Part shown: one piece after another, positions 44,456 to 54,260 of the stretch
Layout of the letters: every line of letters begins with the position of its first letter
Numbering within the stretch: position 1 is the first letter of the stretch
Source of the DNA: an uncultured beta proteobacterium
Lineage (GTDB): Bacteria > Pseudomonadota > Gammaproteobacteria > Burkholderiales > Burkholderiaceae_C
DNA length: 64,000 bases
Assembly (NCBI GenBank): GCA_903909815.1
Contig: CAIVXG010000013.1
Coordinates: 946-64,945 of the forward strand
Reading direction: 5' to 3'
The notes under the pieces: generated by a model
What the model was told of the DNA's origin: nothing
Database searches by the model: none
Seen by the model: the letters and a program-made list of their open reading frames with translations, nothing else
Translations under genes and position numbers: made by a program

Positions 44456-46884
44456 CTGAACCCGACTGGCGCTCCCTGATTGAGGGGATGTTGGAAGGCG
44501 TCTGGCTGCTGGATCCGGTGACGCTGCAATTCGTCGCCATGAATCGCGCGGCCGCTGACATGTTGGGCGTGCAGGCGCAGGCGCTCGTGGGTAAATCGGT
44601 GCTGGACCTGGCGGCGACGCCCGAAGACATCTTTTTTTGGGAAGACGTGGCCGCAGGACTCGCCGACGGCATTCAGTCCGAAACGCTGCTGCGTCACGCC
44701 GACGGAACCACCGTCAACGTGGAACGACGCGTGAGCAGGGTCTGGCTGGATCCGGACCGGGCGATGTTTGTGGTCAGCATCCGTGACCTGTCAGACAAAC
44801 GTCGGACCGAACTGGAGCTGGAGAAGTTGGTGGCTGAATTGCGTGCCACGCTGGAATCGACAGCCGAAGGCGTGCTGGTGACGGACCTGGAAGGTGCCGT
44901 GCGCAATTTCAATCAGCGCTTTTCGGTGATTTGGGGTTTGCCGGCGGCGTTGCTGACGCACAGGGATGACGCGGCGCTCATGCAGCACATGCAGGACAAT
45001 GTTGTGGACGTGAAGCACTACGCGCAGCGCATGAGCGAGATGTTGGAGTCACCGCTGTTGGAAGGCTCCGACGTGCTGCAATTGCGCTCTGGCCAGTTGC
45101 TTGAACGCGTGACCCTGCCCCAATACAGCCGGGGCCGGGCCATCGGACGCGTGTATTCGTTTCGCGATATCACACAGGCGCGCGCGGATGCTGCCCGTCT
45201 GGAGTTGGCGTCCAAGGTGTTCGAATCCAGCCTGGATGCGATCTTTATCACCGGCGCCGATGACCTGTTGCTGGCGATCAACCCGCATTTCAGGTCGATG
45301 ACGAAACTATTTTCTGAAAACTTCACGCAGCGTTCGGCGCAGCGCTTTTTCTATGATCCAGACGACGCCGTTCTGGACGCTCGCATCACGCAGGCCTTGC
45401 TGCTCGAGGGGGCGTGGGAAGGCGAGGCCTGGTGTCGGCGCGATGACGGGGAAACGTTCCCGGTGCAACTGTCGTGGGTGGCTTTGCGCGACAGCCTGGG
45501 CGTGATCACCAACACCATAGGCATCTTTCGCGATCTCTCGGAAAAAGTGGCGGCGAACCGGCGCATCGAGCAACTCGCCTATAGCGATGCCCTCACCGGC
45601 GTGCCGAATCGCTTGGCGCTGGCGCAACGGGTGGGCGTGGCGTTGAGCCTGGCCGAGCGCCGAGGTGGAAGCTTTGCGATTCTGTTCGTGGATCTGGATC
45701 GGTTCAAGAACATCAACGATTCCTACGGCCACCAGATGGGCGATGGTGTGCTGCGCGAGGTGGCTCAGCGCATCAACCAGTGCCTGCGGCAAGAGGACAC
45801 GCTGTGCCGCCTGAGTGGCGACGAGTTTACGGTGTTTCTGAACGGCGCTGAAGGCCGTGGTGCCGAGGCCATGGCGCGGCGCGTTCTGGACGAACTGGCA
45901 TTGCCGTTCGTGCTCGCGGACGAAATATTTTCGGTCGGCTGCAGCATTGGCATTGCCATGTACCCCACGGACGGACGTACGTTGGAGGCGTTGATCAGTT
46001 GCGCCGATACCGCGATGCACCGGGTCAAGGACCACGGACGCGGAAATTTCCGCTTCTATCAGCCCCAGATGAACGTGGATTTGCTGGCCCGCATGAAACT
46101 AGAACATGCCATGCGTCAAGCGATGGAACAGGGCTTGTTTCGCTTGCATTACCAGGCCAAGGTGGCGATGGATACCGGCCAAATCACGGGAACGGAGGCA
46201 TTGATTCGGTGGCGCGATGAGGCCCTGGGAGATGTCTCGCCCAGCGTGTTCATTCCGTTGGCTGAGGAGTCCGGCTACATCATCACCTTGGGTTCATGGG
46301 TGCTGGATCAAGCCGTACGCCAGGCCGCTCTTTGGCACAAGGCGGGCGCGCCGGTGAAGGTGGCGATCAATGTGTCGGCCCTGCAGTTCCAGCAGGCGGA
46401 TTTTGTGCAACGTGTGGTGCAGGCACTGCAGCGGGAGCAACTGCCTGCGCACTTGCTGGAACTGGAACTGACGGAGTCGATTTTGGTGCAAGGCGTGGAC
46501 GAGGCCATGTTGCGGCTGGATGCGCTCGCTGCCATGGGCGTTGGCCTGTCGATCGATGATTTCGGCGTCGGCTATTCCAGCTTGGCCTACTTGAAGAAAT
46601 TTCCTATCCACACGCTCAAGATCGATCAGTCCTTTGTCATGGGGCTGGCCACGAACGAGAGTGACTACGCCATCGTGAGCGCGATCATCAACATGGGCCA
46701 CGCGCTCAAACTGAACATCGTGGCCGAGGGTGTGGAAACGGTCGCGCAGCGCGATGTCTTGCGTGAACTGGGCTGCGACCAATACCAGGGATTCCTGTAC
46801 GCCAAGGGCCTGCCGGTGCCGGAGTTTGAGTGCCTGCTGCGGGCCGATTCAGCGCGGGGCGCGGCGCCTGCGCAGGCCTTGTAG
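44452..46884 (+). CDS. PAS-PAS-GGDEF-EAL signalling protein
   Basis: Two PAS regions. GGDEF domain with an RQED I-site and an SGDEF signature. EAL domain (EALIRW, DDFGVGYSSLAYLKKFPIHTLKIDQSFV). The ATG overlaps the previous stop (ATGA). Confidence 0.85.
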   Translation: MTEPDWRSLIEGMLEGVWLLDPVTLQFVAMNRAAADMLGVQAQALVGKSVLDLAATPEDIFFWEDVAAGLADGIQSETLLRHADGTTVNVERRVSRVWLDPDRAMFVVSIRDLSDKRRTELELEKLVAELRATLESTAEGVLVTDLEGAVRNFNQRFSVIWGLPAALLTHRDDAALMQHMQDNVVDVKHYAQRMSEMLESPLLEGSDVLQLRSGQLLERVTLPQYSRGRAIGRVYSFRDITQARADAARLELASKVFESSLDAIFITGADDLLLAINPHFRSMTKLFSENFTQRSAQRFFYDPDDAVLDARITQALLLEGAWEGEAWCRRDDGETFPVQLSWVALRDSLGVITNTIGIFRDLSEKVAANRRIEQLAYSDALTGVPNRLALAQRVGVALSLAERRGGSFAILFVDLDRFKNINDSYGHQMGDGVLREVAQRINQCLRQEDTLCRLSGDEFTVFLNGAEGRGAEAMARRVLDELALPFVLADEIFSVGCSIGIAMYPTDGRTLEALISCADTAMHRVKDHGRGNFRFYQPQMNVDLLARMKLEHAMRQAMEQGLFRLHYQAKVAMDTGQITGTEALIRWRDEALGDVSPSVFIPLAEESGYIITLGSWVLDQAVRQAALWHKAGAPVKVAINVSALQFQQADFVQRVVQALQREQLPAHLLELELTESILVQGVDEAMLRLDALAAMGVGLSIDDFGVGYSSLAYLKKFPIHTLKIDQSFVMGLATNESDYAIVSAIINMGHALKLNIVAEGVETVAQRDVLRELGCDQYQGFLYAKGLPVPEFECLLRADSARGAAPAQAL

Positions 46885-46995
46885 ACGCGCCTGGGCGGCC
46901 TTTGTCGGTCGCCAATGGGGGCCGGATTTCGGATGAGTCGTCATTTGTATCCGTTGCGTAAAGACCCCGTCCAATGTGACGCAAATGTGAAAATA

Positions 46996-47009
46996 TTGAC
47001 TGTGGTCAA
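46996..47009. promoter_or_regulatory. perfect TTGAC-N4-GTCAA palindrome (candidate Crp/Fnr-family operator) upstream of the porin
   Basis: ttgactgtggtcaa, about 100 bp upstream of the porin start. The same half-sites occur at 50998-51011. Confidence 0.5.
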
Positions 47010-47045
47010 GTGAAGTTGAAGCGTGGGCGGTGCCCAATAAATGCA

Positions 47046-47068
47046 GCAAATTCTTCGAAAGAATTTGC
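47046..47068. promoter_or_regulatory. perfect 10-bp-arm palindrome GCAAATTCTT-cga-AAGAATTTGC
   Basis: Seen directly in the sequence, between the TTGAC box and the porin RBS. It could be an operator or a leader hairpin. Confidence 0.35.
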
Positions 47069-47102
47069 GTTACGGATGCTTCAATAACTTCAGGAGACAT
47101 CA

Positions 47103-48689
47103 GTGAAAATGAAACTTAGCACGATCGCCAGAGTGTGCGCTCTGGTCGTGGGTGCGTCCGCGATGGGCTTGAGCGGCGTGGCAAATGCCCAGTCCAGCAA
47201 CCAGGAAATGCGCCAACAGATCGACCTGCTGCAAAAGCAGATCGAGATGCTGAACAAGCGCCTGGATCAGGCCGAACAAATGGCCGCAGCCCAAGCTGCA
47301 CCGGTTGCAGCGTCGACTGTCGGCAACGCTATCAAGCCCGGCAACGACCTGACTTTTCAGGTGGGCGGCGGCGAAGTCACGATCTACGGCCACGCCGACG
47401 TATCCTGGGATTACCAAACGAATGGGATGGCGGGCTATCTTAAAAATGAGGATCCAGGCGTTGCACGCCAAAGGGTAACTGGCATCAATGGCTGGCTTCC
47501 CGATGTCTCTAGCAACGGCTCCTTCTTCGGTATCAAGGGCGAGCGCGCCATCGACAAGGATTTGAAGGCTGTATTCCAGTTTGAGACCGAGATATCCTAT
47601 GCCGCGACTCCGGGCGCATCTGATCAGGGCACCGACGGAACTGCGCAAAAGACCGGCCTGGGTTCGCGCAATAGCTACGTCGGTTTGCAAAGCGCGGCCT
47701 ACGGCGCGATCAAACTGGGCAAGAACAACACGCCCTACAAAAACGCCACGGGACGCATGGACCCCTTCGCTGACACGCCCGGAGACTACAACGCCATCAT
47801 GGGCAACAGCGGCGGCGACAACCGCACCGAGTTCGACATGCGCCTGCCGCACTCGGTCTGGTACGAATCTCCCAAGATCAATGGCATGAGTTTCAGTGCA
47901 CTGGTTTCACCGGGTCAAAACCGCAGCACCGGAAACGGCCTTTACGCCATGGGGGAACCCGATTGCTCTGGTGGTAATTCCACCAACGGTGTCAATAGCA
48001 ACGCCGGATCTGTCGCCTCCTGTGTCGATGGCTCCTTCGCCACCGCCTACAGTGCGGCCCTGGTCTATGAAGCCGGTCCGCTATATATCACCGGTGCTTA
48101 CGAACTGCACAAGGCCGTGAATCGCACCGGCGACGAGACTACCGCCGGGAGCGTCGGCATTCGTGACGAAAGCGGCCTGAAGCTCGGGGTGCAATACAGC
48201 TTCCCGACCAAGACGACCGTGAACTTCATCGTCGAGCGGCTCAAGCGCAATGCGGTCACGGCTTCGCTGGACGAGCGCACGCACACAGCTACATGGCTCG
48301 CTATCACGCAAAGCCTAGGCACCTACGACGACGTGAACTTCGGCTGGGCGCATGCGGGCCGGACCCCGGGGCAGCCCGATCAGGGCGTGGAAGACAAGTA
48401 CGGCAATATGGCTGTGCCGGGCGGATCTGACAACGGCGCAAACCTGTTCTCCGTGGGTTACAAACACCGCTTCCTGGACAAGCGTAGCACCAGCTACATC
48501 ACGTTCTCGCGTCTGAGCAACGAGTACTGGGGCCATTACTCGCTGGGCGCGGGTGGGCACGGCCTGCCAGTGCGCAACTACGTGGGCGACAAGTACATCG
48601 GCGGCTGCCAGGACGGTGGTGTCTGCGGCCCACCCTTTGCCGGCAATACGGCCCAAGCGATTTCTGTTGGCATGATCTACGACTTCTGA
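47103..48689 (+). CDS. outer-membrane porin (general Gram-negative porin family) with N-terminal coiled-coil extension
   Basis: Signal peptide ...GLSGVANA. Heptad-like QEMRQQIDLLQKQIEMLNKRLDQAEQ. Porin hallmarks FGIKGERAIDKDLKAVFQFE, SRNSYVGLQSAAYGAIKLGKN, and the terminal ...GMIYDF. Confidence 0.75.
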   Translation: MKMKLSTIARVCALVVGASAMGLSGVANAQSSNQEMRQQIDLLQKQIEMLNKRLDQAEQMAAAQAAPVAASTVGNAIKPGNDLTFQVGGGEVTIYGHADVSWDYQTNGMAGYLKNEDPGVARQRVTGINGWLPDVSSNGSFFGIKGERAIDKDLKAVFQFETEISYAATPGASDQGTDGTAQKTGLGSRNSYVGLQSAAYGAIKLGKNNTPYKNATGRMDPFADTPGDYNAIMGNSGGDNRTEFDMRLPHSVWYESPKINGMSFSALVSPGQNRSTGNGLYAMGEPDCSGGNSTNGVNSNAGSVASCVDGSFATAYSAALVYEAGPLYITGAYELHKAVNRTGDETTAGSVGIRDESGLKLGVQYSFPTKTTVNFIVERLKRNAVTASLDERTHTATWLAITQSLGTYDDVNFGWAHAGRTPGQPDQGVEDKYGNMAVPGGSDNGANLFSVGYKHRFLDKRSTSYITFSRLSNEYWGHYSLGAGGHGLPVRNYVGDKYIGGCQDGGVCGPPFAGNTAQAISVGMIYDF

Positions 48690-48732
48690 TCTCCTCTTGA
48701 CCCGGGCAAGCTGACTGCCGGGTCAATTTTCA

Positions 48733-48760
48733 ATGGCCGACTTGTTCGGCCATTTTTTTG
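48733..48760 (+). terminator. intrinsic terminator after the porin gene
   Basis: ATGGCCGA cttgt TCGGCCAT followed by TTTTTT. Confidence 0.7.
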
Positions 48761-48845
48761 CTTAACGCGGTGTGGCTACAACCCGAATCGCCGGGCGAAG
48801 CCTTTGGATGACTAGGGTAAGCCCCTATCAAAGCTATTTTCAAAC

Positions 48846-48859
48846 TTGTCCGCAGTCAA
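48846..48859. promoter_or_regulatory. near-perfect TTGTC-N4-GTCAA box upstream of oxlT
   Basis: ttgtccgcagtcaa, a 9/10 match to the half-sites at 46996 and 50998, about 175 nt upstream of the oxlT ATG. Confidence 0.35.
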
Positions 48860-49028
48860 TGACTTTCAGCGCGCTGGAATCACAATGAGCCATCCCGTTG
48901 CAAGCCGAGGTTTTTGGGTTGACAGCGGTATCGACCAACGCACTGCCCACTTCGGTGGGCGGGCTCGAGAACCGGGAGCGTGCGTCGAGAAGTGGGGTAA
49001 TTCAGTGACAACATCAGGAGACTTCGTA

Positions 49029-50300
49029 ATGACTCAAACCAACAGCGCGGCCCAACCGTCCCGCTGGCTTCAACTCATCATGGGCATCGTATGCATGGCC
49101 CTGATTGCCAATCTGCAGTATGGCTGGACCCTCTTCGTAAGCCCGTTGGAGGCGAAGAATCATTGGGGATTGACCGCCATTCAGTTGTCCTTTTCGATTT
49201 TCGTGGTGGTCGAGACCTGGCTGGTGCCGATCGAAGGCTGGGCTGTCGATAAGTTCGGCCCGCGTCCGGTGATCGCCTTTGGCGCAATCCTGGGCGGCTT
49301 GGGCTGGGTCATCAACTCGTACGCCGATAACCTCACCATGCTGTACACCGGCGCGGTCATCTCCGGCATCGGTGCGGGCTGCGTTTACGGCACCTGCGTG
49401 GGCAACGCGCTCAAGTGGTTTCCGGACAAACGCGGCCTTGCCGCTGGCCTGACTGCAGCCGGGTTCGGTGCCGGTGCAGCCGTCACCGTGATCCCGATCG
49501 CCAACATGATCCAGACCTCGGGTTATGAGCAGACTTTCCTGTTCTTTGGCATTGGCCAAGGCGTGCTGATCTTCCTGATCGCGCTGTTCATGGTGCGCCC
49601 CAAGCCCCCCGCCGGCGTGGTTGCAGCGACCCGCCTGGTGATGAGCAAGGTCGACTACACGACCGGGCAAATGGTCAAGACGCCGGTGTTCTGGGTCACG
49701 TATGTGCTGTTCGTTGCTGTCGCGGCCGGAGGCCTGATGGCCACCGCGCAGATCGGACCGATCGCCAAGGACTACGGCCTGGCCAAGTTGCCCATGAGCT
49801 TTCTGGGTCTGTTGACTTTGCCGCTGTTGACGCTGACGCTGGCGATCGACAATCTGGCCAACGGCTTCACGCGCCCGCTGTGCGGCTTCATCTCGGACCG
49901 CATCGGCCGTGAGAACACCATGATGGTCGTTTTCGTCGGTGAAGGCCTGTCCTTGCTCGGGCTCATGACTTTTGGTCACGACCCCATCGCCTTCATGACC
50001 TTCGCCGCGCTGGTGTTCCTGTTCTGGGGCGAGATATTCTCCATCTTCCCCGCGCTGTGCGCCGACACCTTCGGTGTGAAGAACGCCGCTGCCAATGCCG
50101 GCACGCTGTACACCGCCAAGGGAACGGCTTCGATCCTGGTTCCGTTCGCGTCGGTGCTGTCGGCAGGCGGCAACTGGGACCGCGTCTTCATCGTTACCGC
50201 TGCCATTTCCATTGTTGCAGGCCTGTCGGCCAAATTGATCCTGGCGCCCATGCGCAAGCGCGTCATCGAAGAGGCAAATGCCCGCGGCAGTGTGAACTGA
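49029..50300 (+). CDS. oxlT: oxalate/formate antiporter (MFS, OFA family)
   Basis: MTQTNSAAQPSRWLQLIMGIVCMALIANLQYGWTLFV..., 12-TM MFS. AGGAGA RBS before the ATG at 49029. Genomic context with oxc and frc. Confidence 0.8.
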   Translation: MTQTNSAAQPSRWLQLIMGIVCMALIANLQYGWTLFVSPLEAKNHWGLTAIQLSFSIFVVVETWLVPIEGWAVDKFGPRPVIAFGAILGGLGWVINSYADNLTMLYTGAVISGIGAGCVYGTCVGNALKWFPDKRGLAAGLTAAGFGAGAAVTVIPIANMIQTSGYEQTFLFFGIGQGVLIFLIALFMVRPKPPAGVVAATRLVMSKVDYTTGQMVKTPVFWVTYVLFVAVAAGGLMATAQIGPIAKDYGLAKLPMSFLGLLTLPLLTLTLAIDNLANGFTRPLCGFISDRIGRENTMMVVFVGEGLSLLGLMTFGHDPIAFMTFAALVFLFWGEIFSIFPALCADTFGVKNAAANAGTLYTAKGTASILVPFASVLSAGGNWDRVFIVTAAISIVAGLSAKLILAPMRKRVIEEANARGSVN

Positions 50301-50327
50301 AGACGCTCTGACAGGTGGCGCGGGGAA

Positions 50328-50936
50328 TCAGATCTTCCCGCGCTGCTTCAAGCGGCTCAAGGTTTCCGCCGACATGCTCAGGTAGGAGGCCAGTTCCTTC
50401 TTGGGGACCCGATCCAGAAGTTCAGGGTGCTTGCGCACGAAGCGATGCACCCGTCCTGGCGCATCCAGCAGGTGCAGCGTGATGGTATGGGCCATGATTT
50501 CACTCATCACGCTCATCACCTCGTACTCGAACAGCTTCTTGATTTGCGGATGGCGCTCGATGAACGCGATCCACTGCGGTAGCGGCAGTTTGGCCACCCG
50601 CGTCTTGGTCACGCATACGATGCTGTAGGGCGTCGGCGTCTTCAGGCACCAGGCCGCATAGCTGGTCTCCATGTCGCGTTCGGCGGCGAAGCGCAGAATC
50701 ATCTCCTTGGCCACGCTGTTGGTGACCACACGCTTCAGGATGCCGTCCAGAATGAAGTACTGCTCCATGTCGTGCACCCCCTGGTGCAGCAGGAAATCGC
50801 CCTTGTGACAATCGAGCACAACCAGATGTTGCTCCAGCTCGGCCCGGTCAGACTCGCTCAAGCTCTTGAGCAGGACGTTTTGCCTGAGCTGGACCCGGAT
50901 GACGGTTTTTTCGGGATGATTTTCTACGAGCGACAT
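50328..50936 (-). CDS. Crp/Fnr family transcriptional regulator
   Basis: cNMP-binding-like beta-roll (FLLHQGVHDMEQYFILDGILK) and C-terminal HTH (KKELASYLSMSAETLSRLKQRGKI). The start is uncertain (50936, 50972 or 51011). Confidence 0.75.
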   Translation of the reverse strand: MSLVENHPEKTVIRVQLRQNVLLKSLSESDRAELEQHLVVLDCHKGDFLLHQGVHDMEQYFILDGILKRVVTNSVAKEMILRFAAERDMETSYAAWCLKTPTPYSIVCVTKTRVAKLPLPQWIAFIERHPQIKKLFEYEVMSVMSEIMAHTITLHLLDAPGRVHRFVRKHPELLDRVPKKELASYLSMSAETLSRLKQRGKI

Positions 50937-50997
50937 GAATGTGAGCGAATGGGCGAGGGTGTGGCGGCACATGGAGCCAGCACTATTGTCTCGATAA

Positions 50998-51011
50998 TTG
51001 ACCGCGGTCAA
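50998..51011. promoter_or_regulatory. perfect TTGAC-N4-GTCAA palindrome in the regulator/oxc divergent region
   Basis: ttgaccgcggtcaa. A TATGAT hexamer at 51034-51039 would place the palindrome centre about 41.5 bp upstream of the implied oxc start site. Confidence 0.55.
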
Positions 51012-51111
51012 CAGCGAAAATGAGATCGACTTCTATGATAACCCTTCGATGCACACGCACCCTGTGCATGGGAAATACGGCGGCGAAATCCAACGAAGAC
51101 AGAGATTCAAT

Positions 51112-52833
51112 ATGACCACTGATATGCAATCCACAGAGACGACCGACGGCTTTCACCTCGTCATCGACGCTCTCAAGCTCAACGGCATCAACACCATCTA
51201 CTGCGTGCCCGGCATCCCGATCACGGACCTTACGCGCAAGGCGCAGGCCGAGGGCATGCGCGTGATCTCGTTCCGCCACGAGCAGCACGCCGGCAATGCC
51301 GCAGCAGGCGCGGGCTTTCTCACACAGAAGCCCGGCATCTGTCTGACGGTGTCGGCACCGGGCTTCCTCAACGGCCTGACGGCGTTGACGAACGCGACTA
51401 CGAACTGCTTCCCGATGATCCTGATCAGCGGCTCCAGCGAACGCGAGATCGTCGATCTGCAGCAGGGTGATTACGAAGAGATGGATCAACTGGCCATTGC
51501 CAAGCCCCTGTGCAAGGCGGCGTTTCGCGTGCTGCACGCGCAGGATATCGGTGTCGGCATCGCCCGCGCCATCCGCGCGGCCGTGTCAGGGCGTCCCGGT
51601 GGTGTCTATCTGGACCTTCCCGCCAAGCTGTTCTCGCAGACCATGGACGCGCTGGCAGGCAAGAACTCGCTCATCAAGGTGGTCGACGCAGCGCCGCGTC
51701 AGCTCCCCGCTCCCGAGTCGGTGCAGCGCGCGCTGGACCTGCTCAAGGGTGCGAAGCGCCCGTTGATTCTGTTGGGCAAGGGCGCAGCCTACGCCCAGGC
51801 CGACGCGGACATTCGCGCCTTCGTCGAGAAGTCGGGCATCCCCTATCTGCCCATGTCCATGGCCAAGGGCCTGCTCCCCGATACGCACGTGCAGTCGGCT
51901 TCTGCCGCACGCTCTTATGTGCTGGCCGAGGCCGACGTGGTGGTGCTAATCGGCGCGCGCCTGAATTGGCTGCTGTCGCACGGCAAGGGCAAAACCTGGG
52001 GTGGCGAGAAGGCTGCAACGCGTCAGTTCGTGCAGATCGACATTGCACCCACCGAGATCGACAGCAACGTGGCCATCGCCGCGCCGCTGATCGGTGACAT
52101 CGGCTCTTGCGTAGGCGCGTTGCTCGCCGGTATGGGTGCGAACTGGGCCCAGCCGCCGGCCGAGTGGCTGGCTGCGACCTACGAGCGCCGCGACAAGAAC
52201 CTGGTGAAGATGGCGGCTACGCTGGCGCTGGACCCCTCACCCATGAATTACCACAGCGCGCTTAACGTGATCCGCAACGCGGTCAAAGCCAATCCCGAAG
52301 CCATTGTCGTGAACGAAGGCGCGAACACGCTGGACTTTGCGCGCAGCATCGTCGACATGTATCAGCCGCGCAAGCGTCTGGATGTGGGCACCTGGGGCAT
52401 CATGGGTATCGGCATGGGCTTCTCTGTGGCCGCAGCCGTGGAGACTGGAAGCCAGGTGATCGCGATCGAAGGCGACAGCGCCTTTGGTTTCTCCGGCATG
52501 GAAATCGAAACCATCTGCCGCTACAACCTGCCGGTGTGCGTGATCGTCTTCAACAACAACGGCATCTACCGCGGCATCGACGTCAACCCCACCGGGGGCG
52601 CGGATGTGGCGCCCACGGTGTTCGTGAAGAACGCCCGCTACGACATGATGATGCAGGCTTTCGGTGGTGTGGGCGTGAACGCCACGACGCCGGCAGAACT
52701 GCAGGCCGGTCTGGAAGAAGCGATTCGCTCCGGCAAGCCCACCCTGATCAACGCCGTCATCGATGAAACCGCCGGCACCGAAAGCGGTCGCATCACCAGT
52801 CTGAACCCGCAAAGCGCGGCCAAGAAGAAGTAA
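51112..52833 (+). CDS. oxc: oxalyl-CoA decarboxylase (TPP-dependent)
   Basis: 573 aa. [73 protein letters not shown]. Confidence 0.9.
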   Translation: MTTDMQSTETTDGFHLVIDALKLNGINTIYCVPGIPITDLTRKAQAEGMRVISFRHEQHAGNAAAGAGFLTQKPGICLTVSAPGFLNGLTALTNATTNCFPMILISGSSEREIVDLQQGDYEEMDQLAIAKPLCKAAFRVLHAQDIGVGIARAIRAAVSGRPGGVYLDLPAKLFSQTMDALAGKNSLIKVVDAAPRQLPAPESVQRALDLLKGAKRPLILLGKGAAYAQADADIRAFVEKSGIPYLPMSMAKGLLPDTHVQSASAARSYVLAEADVVVLIGARLNWLLSHGKGKTWGGEKAATRQFVQIDIAPTEIDSNVAIAAPLIGDIGSCVGALLAGMGANWAQPPAEWLAATYERRDKNLVKMAATLALDPSPMNYHSALNVIRNAVKANPEAIVVNEGANTLDFARSIVDMYQPRKRLDVGTWGIMGIGMGFSVAAAVETGSQVIAIEGDSAFGFSGMEIETICRYNLPVCVIVFNNNGIYRGIDVNPTGGADVAPTVFVKNARYDMMMQAFGGVGVNATTPAELQAGLEEAIRSGKPTLINAVIDETAGTESGRITSLNPQSAAKKK

Positions 52834-52864
52834 GTCAGCCCATCATTCAATAGGAGAAATCAAA

Positions 52865-54136
52865 ATGTCAAACAAACCCCTGCAAGGTATCAAGATCATC
52901 GACTTCACGCACGTGCAAGCCGGCCCGGCCTGCACCCAGTTGCTGGCTTGGTTCGGAGCCGACGTGATCAAGGTCGAGCGTCCCGGTTCAGGTGACGTGA
53001 CGCGTAGCCAGTTGCGCGACATGCCTGATGCCGACGCCCTGTACTTCACCATGCTCAACAGCAACAAGCGCTCCTTGACGCTGGACACCAAGCAGCCCGA
53101 AGGCAAGGCCGTGCTGGAGAAGATGATCAAGGAATACGACGTCATGGTCGAGAACTTTGGTCCCGGCGCCTTGGACCGCATGGGCTTCACCTGGGAGCGC
53201 ATCCAGGAACTCAACCCCAAGATGATCCTGGCTTCGGTCAAGGGCTTCTCCGATGGCCACGAATACGAAGACCTGAAGGTCTATGAAAACGTGGCGCAGT
53301 GCGCCGGCGGCGCGGCCTCCACCACCGGCTGGTGGAAGGGCGAGCAGGCTGGCCCGATGATTTCGGCCGCCGCTCTGGGCGACACCAACACCGGCATGCA
53401 CCTGGCCATCGGCATCCTGACGGCCTACATCGGGCGCCAGCAGACCGGCAAGGGCCAGAAGGTCGCTGTCGCGATGCAGGACGCGGTGCTCAATCTGTGC
53501 CGCGTCAAGATGCGCGACCAACTGCGCCTGGACACCGTGGGCTACCTGGAAGAATATCCCCAGTACCCGCATGAGATGGAAGCTTTCGCCGACAAGGTGG
53601 TGCCCCGTGGCGGCAACGCCGGCGGTGGCGGCCAGCCGGGCTGGATCCTGAAGTGCAAGGGCTGGGAGACCGACCCCAATGCGTACATCTATTTCACCAT
53701 TCAGGGCCAGGCCTGGGCGCCGATCTGCGACGCGCTGAACAAGCCCGAGTGGAAGACCGACCCGCTGTACATGACGCCCAAGGCGCGCCAGCCGCACATC
53801 ATGGACATCTTTGCCACGATCGAGGACTTCATCAAGGACAAGACCAAGTTCGAAGCGGTCAACATTTTCCGCAAGCACGACATCCCCTGCGCGCCGGTGT
53901 TCTCCATGAAGGAATTGCTCGCCGACAAGTCGCTGCGCGCCAGCGGCTCCATCGTGGAAGTTCCACACAAGGTGCGCGGCAGCTACTGGACCGTGGGCAG
54001 CCCGATCAAGTTCTCCGATCTGAAGCCCGTGGTCACGGCGTCGCCGCTGCTGGGTGAGCACACCGACGAGGTGCTGGCCGAACTCGGCTACAGTGCGGAA
54101 CAGGTTGCGGCCATGCATGCCGCGAAGGCGGTCTAA
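52865..54136 (+). CDS. frc: formyl-CoA:oxalate CoA-transferase (class III CoA-transferase)
   Basis: [49 protein letters not shown], catalytic-Asp context AALGDTNTG, and an intact Gly loop [11 protein letters not shown]. Confidence 0.9.
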   Translation: MSNKPLQGIKIIDFTHVQAGPACTQLLAWFGADVIKVERPGSGDVTRSQLRDMPDADALYFTMLNSNKRSLTLDTKQPEGKAVLEKMIKEYDVMVENFGPGALDRMGFTWERIQELNPKMILASVKGFSDGHEYEDLKVYENVAQCAGGAASTTGWWKGEQAGPMISAAALGDTNTGMHLAIGILTAYIGRQQTGKGQKVAVAMQDAVLNLCRVKMRDQLRLDTVGYLEEYPQYPHEMEAFADKVVPRGGNAGGGGQPGWILKCKGWETDPNAYIYFTIQGQAWAPICDALNKPEWKTDPLYMTPKARQPHIMDIFATIEDFIKDKTKFEAVNIFRKHDIPCAPVFSMKELLADKSLRASGSIVEVPHKVRGSYWTVGSPIKFSDLKPVVTASPLLGEHTDEVLAELGYSAEQVAAMHAAKAV

Positions 54137-54166
54137 GCCATCGCCTGACCTGCAATGAGTTTAAGA

Positions 54167-54197
54167 GCGGCGCCTGTTTCAGGCGCCGTTTTTGTTT
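54167..54197 (+). terminator. intrinsic terminator after frc
   Basis: GGCGCCTG tttc AGGCGCC followed by GTTTTTGTTT. Confidence 0.65.
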
Positions 54198-54260
54198 GAC
54201 CCTAATGACACGCTCTGTCCTCAACCGTTTAAGATTCCCTCCCCACTTTGGAGTAGCCAC

